DNA of 64,000 bases from Psammoneis japonica (taxonomy: Eukaryota), in assembly GCA_008632985.1 (NCBI GenBank), contig QPGO01000008.1, positions 724,979 to 788,978 on the forward strand, given 5' to 3'. Position 1 is the stretch's first letter; each line of letters begins with the position of its first letter. The notes under the pieces were generated by a model. That model was not told where the DNA came from. It did no database searches and saw only the letters and a program-made list of their open reading frames with translations. Of the stretch, positions 11,756 through 22,251 are shown in pieces. A program made the translations under genes and the position numbers.

Positions 11756-13053
11756 GTTGTCAGGACAAAATTTGCACCCCCCAGAGTCATTGCAGAGAAG
11801 CAGCTGACTGAGTGGCACCATGTGCAGCTGCATCATCCAGGAGAGACACATGCAGGCCAGAAAGTGCTGCTGCCCAGCATTTTCTTCACTGGAGAGACAC
11901 AGCAGCACAAACTGCATGCTCCAAATTTCAGCTTGGTTTTGCCATGAGATCCCCTGAAATTTCTCAGGATTGCTGGGCAGTGGTCACAAATGCTGCTTTG
12001 TCATGTGTGCACTGCAGACATGAATGTAAACTCACACGTTGGGAATTCTCCATGCTTCCCCTTGCACAATTTGCCACTCAATGGACTCACACACCAAAAC
12101 CGTGTGACACCACAGCAGACAACACAAGCCAGAGTTCACTCAATGATGTGTCAACTTCTGTCAGCATGCTTCAGCTCACATTGTGTGTTTCATGCATTGC
12201 CATGCTTTGAAAGTCATGCTGCACTGTAAAAAAGCAAGTTGTTCTTGTGCATGATTTTTCCCTTTTTTTTAGATGCCACAACATCCCGTGCATCTGCTCT
12301 CCTCCTAGATCACCATGGGGCCACATGAAAGTTCATAAGATGTGACATGATTTTCATTGCTGAGCCTCTGCAAGGTCCTCTCATCACAAAAGCATCAATT
12401 GCAGTGACTGCCAAGTGCTCGAGTGGGATGGCTGGCTGGGCTGGCAGGCAAAAGCACACCCACCCAAACACAATCACTGCACAATTGCCGCACAATTCGC
12501 TTTTTTTGTTCCCCTCCCCTGGGCCCTTTCAGGTGTTCAGTGCCACAAAACTGCTCTTGTTTCCTGGGTGTTCCCCCAAAAAGGCATGGCAGCTCCTCCT
12601 TGCCTTGGTCATTTGGGTGAGATGTCCCCCAAAGAGGCAAAACCAAGCTGAGCTCCAAACACGCGACTCATGTCAAAGGACAAAAAGGCGCAATCTCAGA
12701 TGTGGGGGCTGCAGTGCAAAGAAAAAAGCAGCAGAAATTGTCCCATGGGAAACCACAAAATTTGCACCCCAGAGTCATTGCAGAAGCAGCTGACTGAGTG
12801 GAGCCATGTGCAGTTGTGCAGTCCAGAAGAGACAAACAAAAAGAAGTTGCTGTTGTGCCCGGCATTTTGACAACTGGTGCAACATGACAGCCATGTTGAA
12901 TCATGTCACAGAAGGTTTAAAAAAAAAGACACAATCTCAGATGTGAGGAGCTTCCCCAAAAGAGGCAGAAAATTGTTCCATGGGAAACCCTTTGAGAGCA
13001 GGTGTGGTTGGAGAGAACACACAGTCAAGAAGTGCAAAAATGAGACGTCTCAG

Positions 13054-13500
13054 TGCAGTGTGCATGCAGACAAAAGGTTGTTTTTGTCACGCCCTTTGTG
13101 ACATTTAAAGGCTGCAACACGTCGCCGTGACACATTGGCTCTCATTGGCAGCTGTGTGTTGCACTCCTCCCCATGTGTCACGCGTCCACACGGCTCTTTG
13201 CTGACGTGTGCTGACACTGCACGGTTTTGGCAGAACAGTGTGGGTGCGTGCGAAGGAACACACAGAACTGCACAGAGTTTTGCGCGTTCGACAGTGATCA
13301 ACGTTGCTGCAGACAACTCCCACTCAGGGTTTCGAACCCCTGGCCTCCTGCCTGATGGTTGCGATGAACCACTCCACTGTGAATTCACAACGCAGCATGC
13401 ATGCAGACAAAAGGTTGTTTTTGTCACGCCCTTTGTGACATTTAAAGGCTGCAACACGTCGCCGTGACACATTGACTCTCATCAGTGGCTGCATGTTGCA
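13054..13500 (-). mobile_element. TRIM-like miniature LTR element (447 bp) with an internal tRNA-like segment
   Basis: Two 110-bp direct repeats (13054-13163, 13391-13500) around 227 bp. PPT CATGGGGAGGAG on the minus strand directly before TGCAAC. Internal A-box-like and B-box-like (GGTTCGAAACC) motifs. Confidence 0.75.
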
Positions 13501-14307
13501 CTTTGCACTTGCGGGCAGGCCAATGGCTGTGGTTGTCCCAGTGGCTGAACAGTTTGAAATTGCCCAACTGACTGCCAAACATGCCAGCATCACAGCCCAC
13601 ATCATCAAACAGACCCTTGGTCATTTTTTTTCACCACCAAGAATGGCGGGCACATGATGCACAAACCGGCAGCCACACCAACTCAACAAGCATGACTCAG
13701 CTTCAGTGCAAATTTGCCATTGGTGAGCTGCAGCCAAAAAACACCTCACCGTGGCAACTCCACTTCAACCAAGGAACTGAGTTCATGGCTGAATTTTCAG
13801 TCAACTGGCTCAAGAAGAGGGCTGTGGTCTCCGAAAGAAACCCACAAGCAAGCAAAATCTGTGGGTGAGCACCACAGTGGAGTGTGCAAATCAGATGATC
13901 AGGAACATGGTGTGGCCATTCTCAGTTCAACACATGTGCAAGCCTTGTGCAGCTGGCAAGGCATTTGACAGAGATGTGATGTCACACACCACACATTGAG
14001 CCACCCAAGTGGAAATCTGCATGGGACAGAAAGCAAAGAGAAGCTTCTTGTTCACACGACAAACAACAAAAAACAAAATGCCGCTGAGAGACAAAACTGC
14101 TGATGTGCTCTGCAGCACAATTGGCACTCATCAAACAAGAACAAAAATCATCATGTGCAGGCCCTGCCAGAGTCATGCAAGTCAATGACAATGGCGCGCT
14201 GCACACACAAGATGGTGTGCCAACAGACAGGTGCAATCCAAGGCACAGCAGGCTGCATTGGTGCATCAGACCATGCTGGTGCTTCATGATCCATGTGACA
14301 GGGGAGC

Positions 14308-14802
14308 ACGCAACATGTGATGCTGACTTCTGGCAGATGCCAGCCACATCTCATGATGCGGAACTTCCAAAGTAAAGCCAGAGTCCTGGAAGAAGTTTGC
14401 ACTGTGACATGCCTGTGTGAGCTTGCACTCATTTTAGCAAGTGGAAGAAATGCTGTGATTGATGGCATCAGCTGCAAGTGCACTGCACAGAGAGGTTGTG
14501 CAGTGACTGGCCATTGACGTCATGCCTTGGATGCATGAAGACTGCACATGCAAGGCATGTGCTGTGCAGCATTTGCCAAGCCCCAAGCTGAATGTGGTGG
14601 AGCAATGCTTTTGCCGCAGTTCACAGGTGAGCATGCTCATGCAGCTGCATGAAGCGAACATGGCTTCCATGCAACCAAAGATTTCTTGGCCAAATGAGCC
14701 AGCTCAGAAATGTTCTCACAATTGCAGTCAACCACAGTCTGTCAACCTGCCCAATTTCAACCATGTGCCCATTGCATGAGGCACAGGAGATTGCCCCAAC
14801 AC
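14308..14802 (+). repeat. Gypsy 3' LTR (approximate)
   Basis: Follows the integrase C-terminus (GPARVMQVNDNG) and the PPT. Aligns with 2967-3466. Confidence 0.75.
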
Positions 14803-14806
14803 TCAG

Positions 14807-16375
14807 CAAAGACCCAAGCTTGGGGGATGTGCTCCAGAAGCCAATGCAGAATCAAGCTGTCCCACTTTGCTCATCCAACTTGGTGTCACTTCAGCTGCAG
14901 TGAATGACCACCATGGCAAGGCCATTTTTTGAGTGACAGGCACCTTCTTTTGCACTCCATTTTGAAAACAGCTTTTGCAAAATGCCCTTGCTCAACCTTT
15001 CTTGGATGCTCCCTCTTTGGAAGAACTTCACAAGATCAGCACGCAAAAGGACAAAGAGTTTGTGGGATGGCTTTTTGCATCAGGCCTGCCCTCCTTGCCA
15101 ACCCATTGAGCAGAGTGGCAAAGTGAAACCACCATGTGCTGGAGCTGCAGTTTCAAGGGTTTCTGGTCGGGAAGTCAGCTGACTCTTGTTTGTGGTGTGA
15201 AGATGTGAAGATGACCAAAGAAGACACTCTTGGCTCTGGACAAAATGGTGTGAGGATTGATGGGCAGTTGAATGTTGTTCTGTTGCAGCTGAAGCATGGG
15301 GCGGTGCTGGGTGCTGGCAGGCCCAACAGCAGCAGAAAGAATGAACAAACATCACAAGCAATTTTCTGGCTGCATGGCTGACCTTTCAAGGCACAGAAGC
15401 ACGCACAAGATTTCACAGTGGAAGGGTTGTTGGCTTTGTTGTGGTCATGTGCAACAACAAGCAATCACCCCATGCAGAGGCATGCTGCCTTTCAGCACAG
15501 TTGACGAGGAGGGAGGGAGGACAACCAATGTGGTGTGGAGCCAGCATCAAAAAGAATTCAAGCAGTCTCATTTCAACAAACCTGACAGGTTGGACCACGC
15601 AGATGGATCAATCTGGCAAGTTGTGACTGGGTTTGGTTGGTGCACCTGTCAAGCCAACAAGAAGAAAACAAGAAGCACCAGAGCAAGAGGTGTGCTGTGG
15701 AGGCAAGACACATGTGCCAATTCTCATCATCATCCTTGGCATCACAAACATTGGCCAATTTCAGCCAGCTTGAGCTCTCAGGAGAGTGGGGTCATGGCTG
15801 AGCAATTGCCACCATTCCATGAAGGGGGGTCAAAATCTAGGCTGGCATGCACCCTCAGCCAGTTCTTGAACCACCTGGGGAGCAAGAGCCATCGCAAATG
15901 GCGGTTTGCCAAACTGCTGGCTCTGTGACAGAGCAACTGCTGGGCTGGTGGAGAGCTGTGGTGCACCATGACCACCCCCAGCACACATTGTTGTGTTGTT
16001 GAGAATTGTCCTGTTGTGCTGGATTTAAAATTCATGACCAGCCACAAACTCCAAATTGGCAACATCTTCCTCAACCCTCCAAGCACACAGCATGCTGTTT
16101 TCTCCCCACGGGCACGCACACTCACACACAACACAAGCAAAGACATTGAGCTGCAATGTTGTCACCAGAATGCACAGAACTGAAATTGACCAGCTTTGCC
16201 ACTCAATTCCAAGGAATGCTGTTGCCACCAATCATGTGCAAGAAATGACAACAAATGATGATGTTTCAGCCTCAGAAAACTCCAATCAACCAACTCACCC
16301 ACTGATCAACTTTTTGAAAAACACAAAACGCTGTGCGGCACCGCGCGGGCGCTGCCACAACTTGCCAAAATGTCT
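14807..16375. mobile_element. Unclassified degenerate transposon relic (right part of the sequence hit by the Gypsy insertion)
   Basis: Same TpA/CpG-depleted composition. No intact ORF. Ends abruptly at ~16375. Confidence 0.45.
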
Positions 16376-16644
16376 GTTAAAACGCACATCCAGTACTGTA
16401 TGTACGGTAACATAACAGCAGTTAGACTGACCTGACTGTCTGGAGAGATCTGGCTTGCGCGTATAATTCTTAATATATGTATATTTTTTATATAATACTC
16501 GGAGGTGGCGTTTATTATGTGTAATTAAAACACGAATAAATTAAAAATGCGACCGGCCAACTTGCTTTGTACCTCGCTCATTTTTTTTCACCGCTCTTTA
16601 TTTTCTCACAATCTCACAACTCACAAATCTTTCACCAAATTAAC

Positions 16645-17843
16645 ATGACAGCAGCCAGCAAGGGTCTAGCGGTGCCACGAGTCCGTTTATCCACCCGAAC
16701 GTCGAGCGCGGAAGTTGACAAGAAAAAGGAAATGCTTGAGGCGTCCAGTTCTGCAGGCACCGCGACCATGGTCGACGCAGAGCAGCACATTGAAAACTCC
16801 ACTGTTCGCTCTCCGACCTCCGTGCCAAAGAGCCGTGATGCGAACCTTAAAGATTTTGTAAGATTCATGGGAAATTCAACCTCCATTTCCCAGGTAACGA
16901 TCGAACAGATCGAACGAGTGAGGATGATGCACGATCGTTTCGCCGATGGGGCTAGGTTCTCCTTCAACTACAACGTTCTCCTCCTCGTGGCTTCCGTCAT
17001 TGCTGGCCTCGGCTTGGTGTCGAATTCTTCAACTATCATTATCGCTTCGATGCTTGTGTCACCAATTATGGGACCGGTTGTTGCGATGGCCTATTCAACA
17101 ACCATTCGAGACTGGAAGCTTCTTCGGAAAGCGCTGGTCACTGAGACGGTCTCATTAATATTTTGCATTCTCTCTGGTGTGGTCATCGCCGCAATATGTG
17201 GACAAACCAGTCTAGGGGATCAATGGCCGACGTCGGAAATGACCTCTCGTGGCACCTGGGAAAACTTTTTGGTTGGACTTCCTGTGGCTTTCTTTAGTGG
17301 CCTCGGAGTTGCTGTATCGCTCTTGGATGACCAGACCAGCTCCCTTGTCGGTGTGGCAATATCCGCTAGTCTATTGCCACCCGCCGTCAATGCGGGAGTG
17401 ATTTGGATTGCCTATGCCTATTTCCATTCTGGCACATTGGTTCCGGAAAATGTGGTCATGGACCCAGAACTCCTTGAAGAATTCCGATCAATGGGGGTGA
17501 TTAGTCTTTCGTTAACCTTGGCAAATATCGCATTGATTTGGGTTTCATCCATGTTCATGTTTCGTTTGAAGGAGGTAAGACTTGTAGATTGCGAAACTAT
17601 TCTATTTCTTACGAGGCAGGAATTCAATCCAACTTCGTGTCTTTCGTTGAAACATCATAGGTACTACCAATCGAGAAAAAGGTATTTTGGAATGACCTCG
17701 GCGTAGCTCGGAGAATATATCAGAAACGAGCTTTTGTTGAGCAGGTGGATGCCGTTCTGAGTGGTGACATCGATTCAATCAATGATCTAGACGACGAAGT
17801 TGAGGTCACTTTGCCTGATAAAGCGACCGACAGCACCGTGTAG
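16645..17843 (+). CDS. DUF389 family membrane protein; 2 exons (16645-17574, 17661-17843)
   Basis: Motifs IIASMLVSPIMGP and LVGVAISASLLPPAVN. GT-AG intron 17575-17660 gives an in-frame exon ending in TAG. Confidence 0.9.
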
Positions 17844-18086
17844 TGCGGATGCGAAGGAACTACTATTGTGTTGGAAAACGTCTACCGTGCAGGCAGGCAA
17901 GCGTGCTGAACAAGCATCTGGCATGGCAACACAAGATAGGATACTTGTGTACGTGAGTGACTGTACAAAATAAATGGAACAATAGTATTTGAGTACGGCT
18001 TTTACTATAGATCTTTATGCATCTTGGGAATTTGAAGGCGAGGGTACCAAGAATTCAAGTCGAGATAGATCAATCGATTTTGCATT

Positions 18087-19020
18087 CTACACTTCTTCGG
18101 CGTACCCAGGGCGACGACCAGCATTGCCACTGCTTGGTGATTGAATTTCCAAATCGACGTCTTCCCCCCTACCGTGACGGGGTCGATGCTTCACCTTCTT
18201 CGTCGCATGATGTTGGCGGTCCACATCACTACTGCTTTGATCACCCTGCTGAGCCGACCTGGTCACGGTTTTAGATCCATCGGGGTGAATGACTTCCTTG
18301 GTCACAGAAAGCAGCTGCATTTCAGGACCTTCGCGGGTGTTGGTGTTCATTGGTGCACTTTCTTGGACCTCGTTCTGCGAAAACTCTTCCGACTTTTCAT
18401 CCCCAGAGGGTTCAGATTCAAAAGAGAATACAGCACTTTCTGGGGGTGGGGTGCAGCATACAATAATACCAGAGAGCAGGTAGAACACCATTGCAGCAAT
18501 AGCAATGTTTCCTCCCTCTTCCACAGAACATGACACCGAACCTCCAGCCGCGGCCTGGTCCATGGGGTTCTCCTTGCATCGGTCGTCATTGAAAATTATA
18601 AATGTTAAACCTTGGAAAAGGAAGGCTGTGAAGCAAACCATACCAGTCGTGCGCCACAGACACCTGCTCAACTTGAATATCAACATCGAAAGAAGAAGGA
18701 ACATAGCGAGTGCGCCATGATGGGAGCCAACACACCGAATGCCTTTGCCGATTTGTACGAAGCGGAGAGCGTCATACTGTCTTCGCCGGGAGGCTGAGCA
18801 TCAAGCAGGAGGTTCACTGACACACAAGTGCCAGTACGATACAATTCCCGAAAGAGTCCAAAGAAAGATACGCTGACGGAGCCAGTTGAACTCACTTCCG
18901 TTTCCTTGAGAAAAGTGCAAGATCCAACAGCCACGGCAGAAAGAACCATTCCAGTGAACGTGAAGATCCAGGCAATAACCCTGCCAATCAGAAGAGAAGA
19001 GCGCAAGTGAGTTTGAGCTA
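18087..19020 (-). pseudogene. Four-TM claudin-like membrane protein with a 1-nt frameshift near 18715 (pseudogene or assembly error); 5' exon unresolved
   Basis: Two overlapping ORFs (18680-19006, 18087-18704) form one protein with a C-F...FGLF...C pattern and four hydrophobic segments. No room for an intron at the join. Confidence 0.55.
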
Positions 19021-19983
19021 TAGGGCAAGGAGAGAAAATACCCGAACAAAGAAGGAGATTGCAAATCGCACCCCAAATCCAAAATGATTGAAGAATCGCA
19101 ATCCGATTCTTACCGACTAGCCCAATGGTTGAAAGGCACGGAAAAGGGAGGCATGGTTAAGGTTGTCTACTACACTAAGAAAACTAAGCAGAGCTATGGA
19201 GAGGCTGAGTTGCTGACAATAGCGAATATTGAATATGATGATTGCGATACTTTGGAATGCAAGATGATGCGAACCCTATCCACTATTCCTCATGGGAATT
19301 CAAATTGCACGACCACGAAACCGCGGATCATTCGCGTTTGTTCGCGGTTCGCGCCATCTTTTTCAATTTCCGATTTAGTCGACTCATCAAGCAAATCGCT
19401 TCCGGTTGAGTTATCCCAAACGTTGCTGTTCCACCGTATGGTAGGAAGCAACCGACAATGATATCATTATAAAACTGTCATTGGATCAATTAGTCTATCA
19501 GTTTGTCTATCTACAACAGAGAGGGATGGCACGTGACGAAGCTCGAGCTGGGGAGAATCCAACATCGAAGGAGCAAACTTCGGCATGGACAAGTTGCAGG
19601 AGTACAATGCCTTCGTATTTTAACCCTTCATTATGTCACGTCGGATGGAACAATCAATACACTGAGAGGCAATCTGCTCCCTACAAGTATAAGTTTGTGA
19701 GCCAGCCTTGATCGACTCGTGCGTCGGTCATCCCTCACAACAAACTTCATGAGTTAACAACAACGCAGTTTTCAGTGACAAAAATCGCCCTAAAAACTTG
19801 TTTCCGGGACATTTTGGTTGATTCTACACCAGTCTGTCTTCATCCTGAAGCTCCATTCTACTAAATGTGAAAACCCACTTCAAAGCGACTCTGCAGCAAA
19901 GAGATGTCCAAGTCATGTCGAGAGCGTGATGGCTCGCCCATTCAAAAATATGCTGTAGGATGCCGCTCACTTTTATTGTCTAT

Positions 19984-20670
19984 CTATCCTTCGTCTCCTT
20001 TGATACATGTCACAAGCCAGTCAAAACCTTCAAAAAGGCCTTTCCCTTGCAGAGCCGATGTTTCTTGAATCGACCACTGTCTGTTTCGAATCGCCGGCAG
20101 TCCGAGCGCCTCGCTGATTTGCTGTGCATTGAGCGCCCCTTTCTGATCCTGCTTGTTGGCAAATACAAGCAAAATAGCATCGTTCAATTCCTCTTCCTCC
20201 AACATGGCCGCCAACTCCCCTCGTGCTACAGCCATTCGCTCCGTATCAGCAGAGTCCACTACGAAAATAATTGCATCAGTATTCGGATAGTAACACCTCC
20301 AATACGGTCGAATCGACGTTTGACCGCCTAAATCCCACACTTGGAACTTCAAACCAAAGACAGTAAACAAGGTCAAAAATATTATGAGCAAGAACGGCGC
20401 GCAAGAGTTAATAGAGGACAACATACCGTTTCAGAATCTGGCAGCTAAAAAATTCGATGATGGATTGACCAAACATACCTTTATATTTTTGTACTGGAGA
20501 GTCTCCACATTAAATCCAATTGTTGGTATGGTCTGCACAGGTTCATCTGCCTCGTTCTGAAGCCGATAAAGAATCGTAGTCTTCCCGGCGTTATCAAGAC
20601 CCAAGATCAAAATTCGGACTTCTTTTGAGCCGAAGAGGCTTTCAAACATTTGACTGAACAGAATGCCCAT
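19984..20670 (-). CDS. ARL1: ADP-ribosylation factor-like GTPase 1; 2 exons (20670-20479, 20346-19984)
   Basis: MG start, [33 protein letters not shown] intron 20347-20478. Confidence 0.95.
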
Positions 20671-21408
20671 TTTCTTCTCGATATTGCTGATATCTATAGC
20701 TGAATCGGTTGGAAGGCGATCTAACGACTCGTTCAAATGCACAGTGTGATACTCTCAAGCTGCTTTAGGCCGCCGCTGGCTTGCGTCAGCGTCGTTGCGA
20801 CGGCACACGATACCGGTAACTTTTGGGTCACAGATCCCAACGCAACGGTCGCTCTCTCTTGCTGTGTGCCAATGACAGCGCAAATTGAAACTAAGATTCC
20901 ATGGTTGTATTGAAATCGTGCAGGGAAAAGGAATGACGCACGGGTGAATCTTGCCAAAAGTTCCCGTAGTGTACGAGCGTGGAAGACACGTACGTTTTTT
21001 GTACGTATGAAAATCGTATCTTCTTTCACAGAGCTCGGAGCTCATGCGACAAACAGGAGGGATTTCCTAATTTTTTCTGTGTAGTCTAGGAACCTAGGTA
21101 TCTCTTTTGTACCGGTAGCTAGAGACTAGAGAGAGTAGAGGACGTTGTCAAACACAATCGATGCGACGCATGACACTACACGACTTCCGCGCATTGTCAA
21201 CCTTTTCATAAATGAGCGAAATAAAAGAAAGGGAAACGATAATGGCTGACGCGATGGCAGCTTTCTTGTGCGTTTGTAGCTCTTGCTGGTGTGAAACGCT
21301 CTCTCTAGAAAATAGTTGCATTTCGAAAAATTGTATCATGTATCATCCCAAGGCGCTTTCGTAGGATTCCAGATGAAATCTCTTAGATGCTGACATCCTC
21401 CCTTTTAG

Positions 21409-21939
21409 CTATCGAGTTGACGTGGATGCCGCAGCAATTTTCACAGCTTCTTGATACAGCTCCATCAGCACATCAACAACATTCTTGAACATTACTGGGT
21501 CCTTGTATTTCTTGCAGTCCAGAGATATGCCCAAGAGCACGGGCGGACACGGTTCTGTGTTTGAAGTCCTGAGGCTTACAATGCGTTCTGTCACACGCCG
21601 AGCATACACATCCAACATTGTATCGTCCCGTTTCCCTAATAGGGTAGAAACTTGGTAATTGATGGAGTTATCAATGATACTCTCTTCTACATTGCAAGAA
21701 AGAAATGTACCGACTCGGCCATCCAACTGACTGACCCCCAACACGATGCGATCTCCAAAAAGCTGAACCCAGGCGTCGGTTGGAACATTCTGAACATCAA
21801 AAGATCGTGTCAATGTTGTTGGAAGAGACGACGGTGCTGGACGTAATACCGGTTTTTCTGATAAGCTTGAGGCTTTCATAGATGATGCGAGTGAGCCGTC
21901 AACGGCCGTGGCGTCGGGCTGATATCGATAAGACGCCAT
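21409..21939 (-). CDS. PSMG3: Proteasome assembly chaperone 3-like protein
   Basis: FGDRIVLGVSQLDGRVG, TLLGKRDD and VLLGISL motifs typical of PAC3. Confidence 0.75.
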   Translation of the reverse strand: MASYRYQPDATAVDGSLASSMKASSLSEKPVLRPAPSSLPTTLTRSFDVQNVPTDAWVQLFGDRIVLGVSQLDGRVGTFLSCNVEESIIDNSINYQVSTLLGKRDDTMLDVYARRVTERIVSLRTSNTEPCPPVLLGISLDCKKYKDPVMFKNVVDVLMELYQEAVKIAAASTSTR

Positions 21940-22251
21940 AGTGCGAGCTAGTCTTAGCTTTTGTGGGCGTTCATCGTTAGCTTGCGGCGTGCCGCGCGGT
22001 TGATGGCGGTTGCCGCGTTGGTGCAAGATGACTTCTTCGACTGAATTAGGAGCGCAGCCGTGGCCGTACCGCCAACCGCCAACACCCAACACCCTCCCGC
22101 AGCTCGACAATACTGTATATGGTAGGGGATGATAGGCCTCTACTAGAGTAGGTGTTAAGACAAGCTAGGGTCGTAACAAGCAACGACCTCAACGACAACA
22201 AGGAACAACGTCAGCAGGGAGTGGTGGAGTGTACTGGGCACAATTCAATCC

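Larger units (their letters stand above)
2967..14802 (+). mobile_element. Degenerate Ty3/Gypsy LTR retrotransposon containing nested insertions
   Basis: Diverged ~500-bp direct repeats at ~2967-3466 and ~14308-14802. Purine tract AGGGGAG at 14300-14306. Possible 4-bp TSD TCAG (2963-2966, 14803-14806). Order gag-PR-RT-RH-INT: knuckle-like CPLHSKNCGHSTNDC ~4390, LLDSG ~4861, LLLKLEGFQ..LDL ~5630, CMDD ~5835, KLDNPQ/KQEL ~6380-6430, integrase pieces at ~11761, ~12755 and 13630-14260. Confidence 0.85.

Noticed and set aside
13310..13390. Functional tRNA gene
   Set aside because: The anticodon arm is too short and the acceptor stem pairs poorly. Kept only as a tRNA-like segment.
1700..16375. Classical fungal RIP or CpG decay alone as the explanation
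   Set aside because: RIP raises TpA and AT content, and CpG decay leaves TpA untouched. Here TpA is lost.
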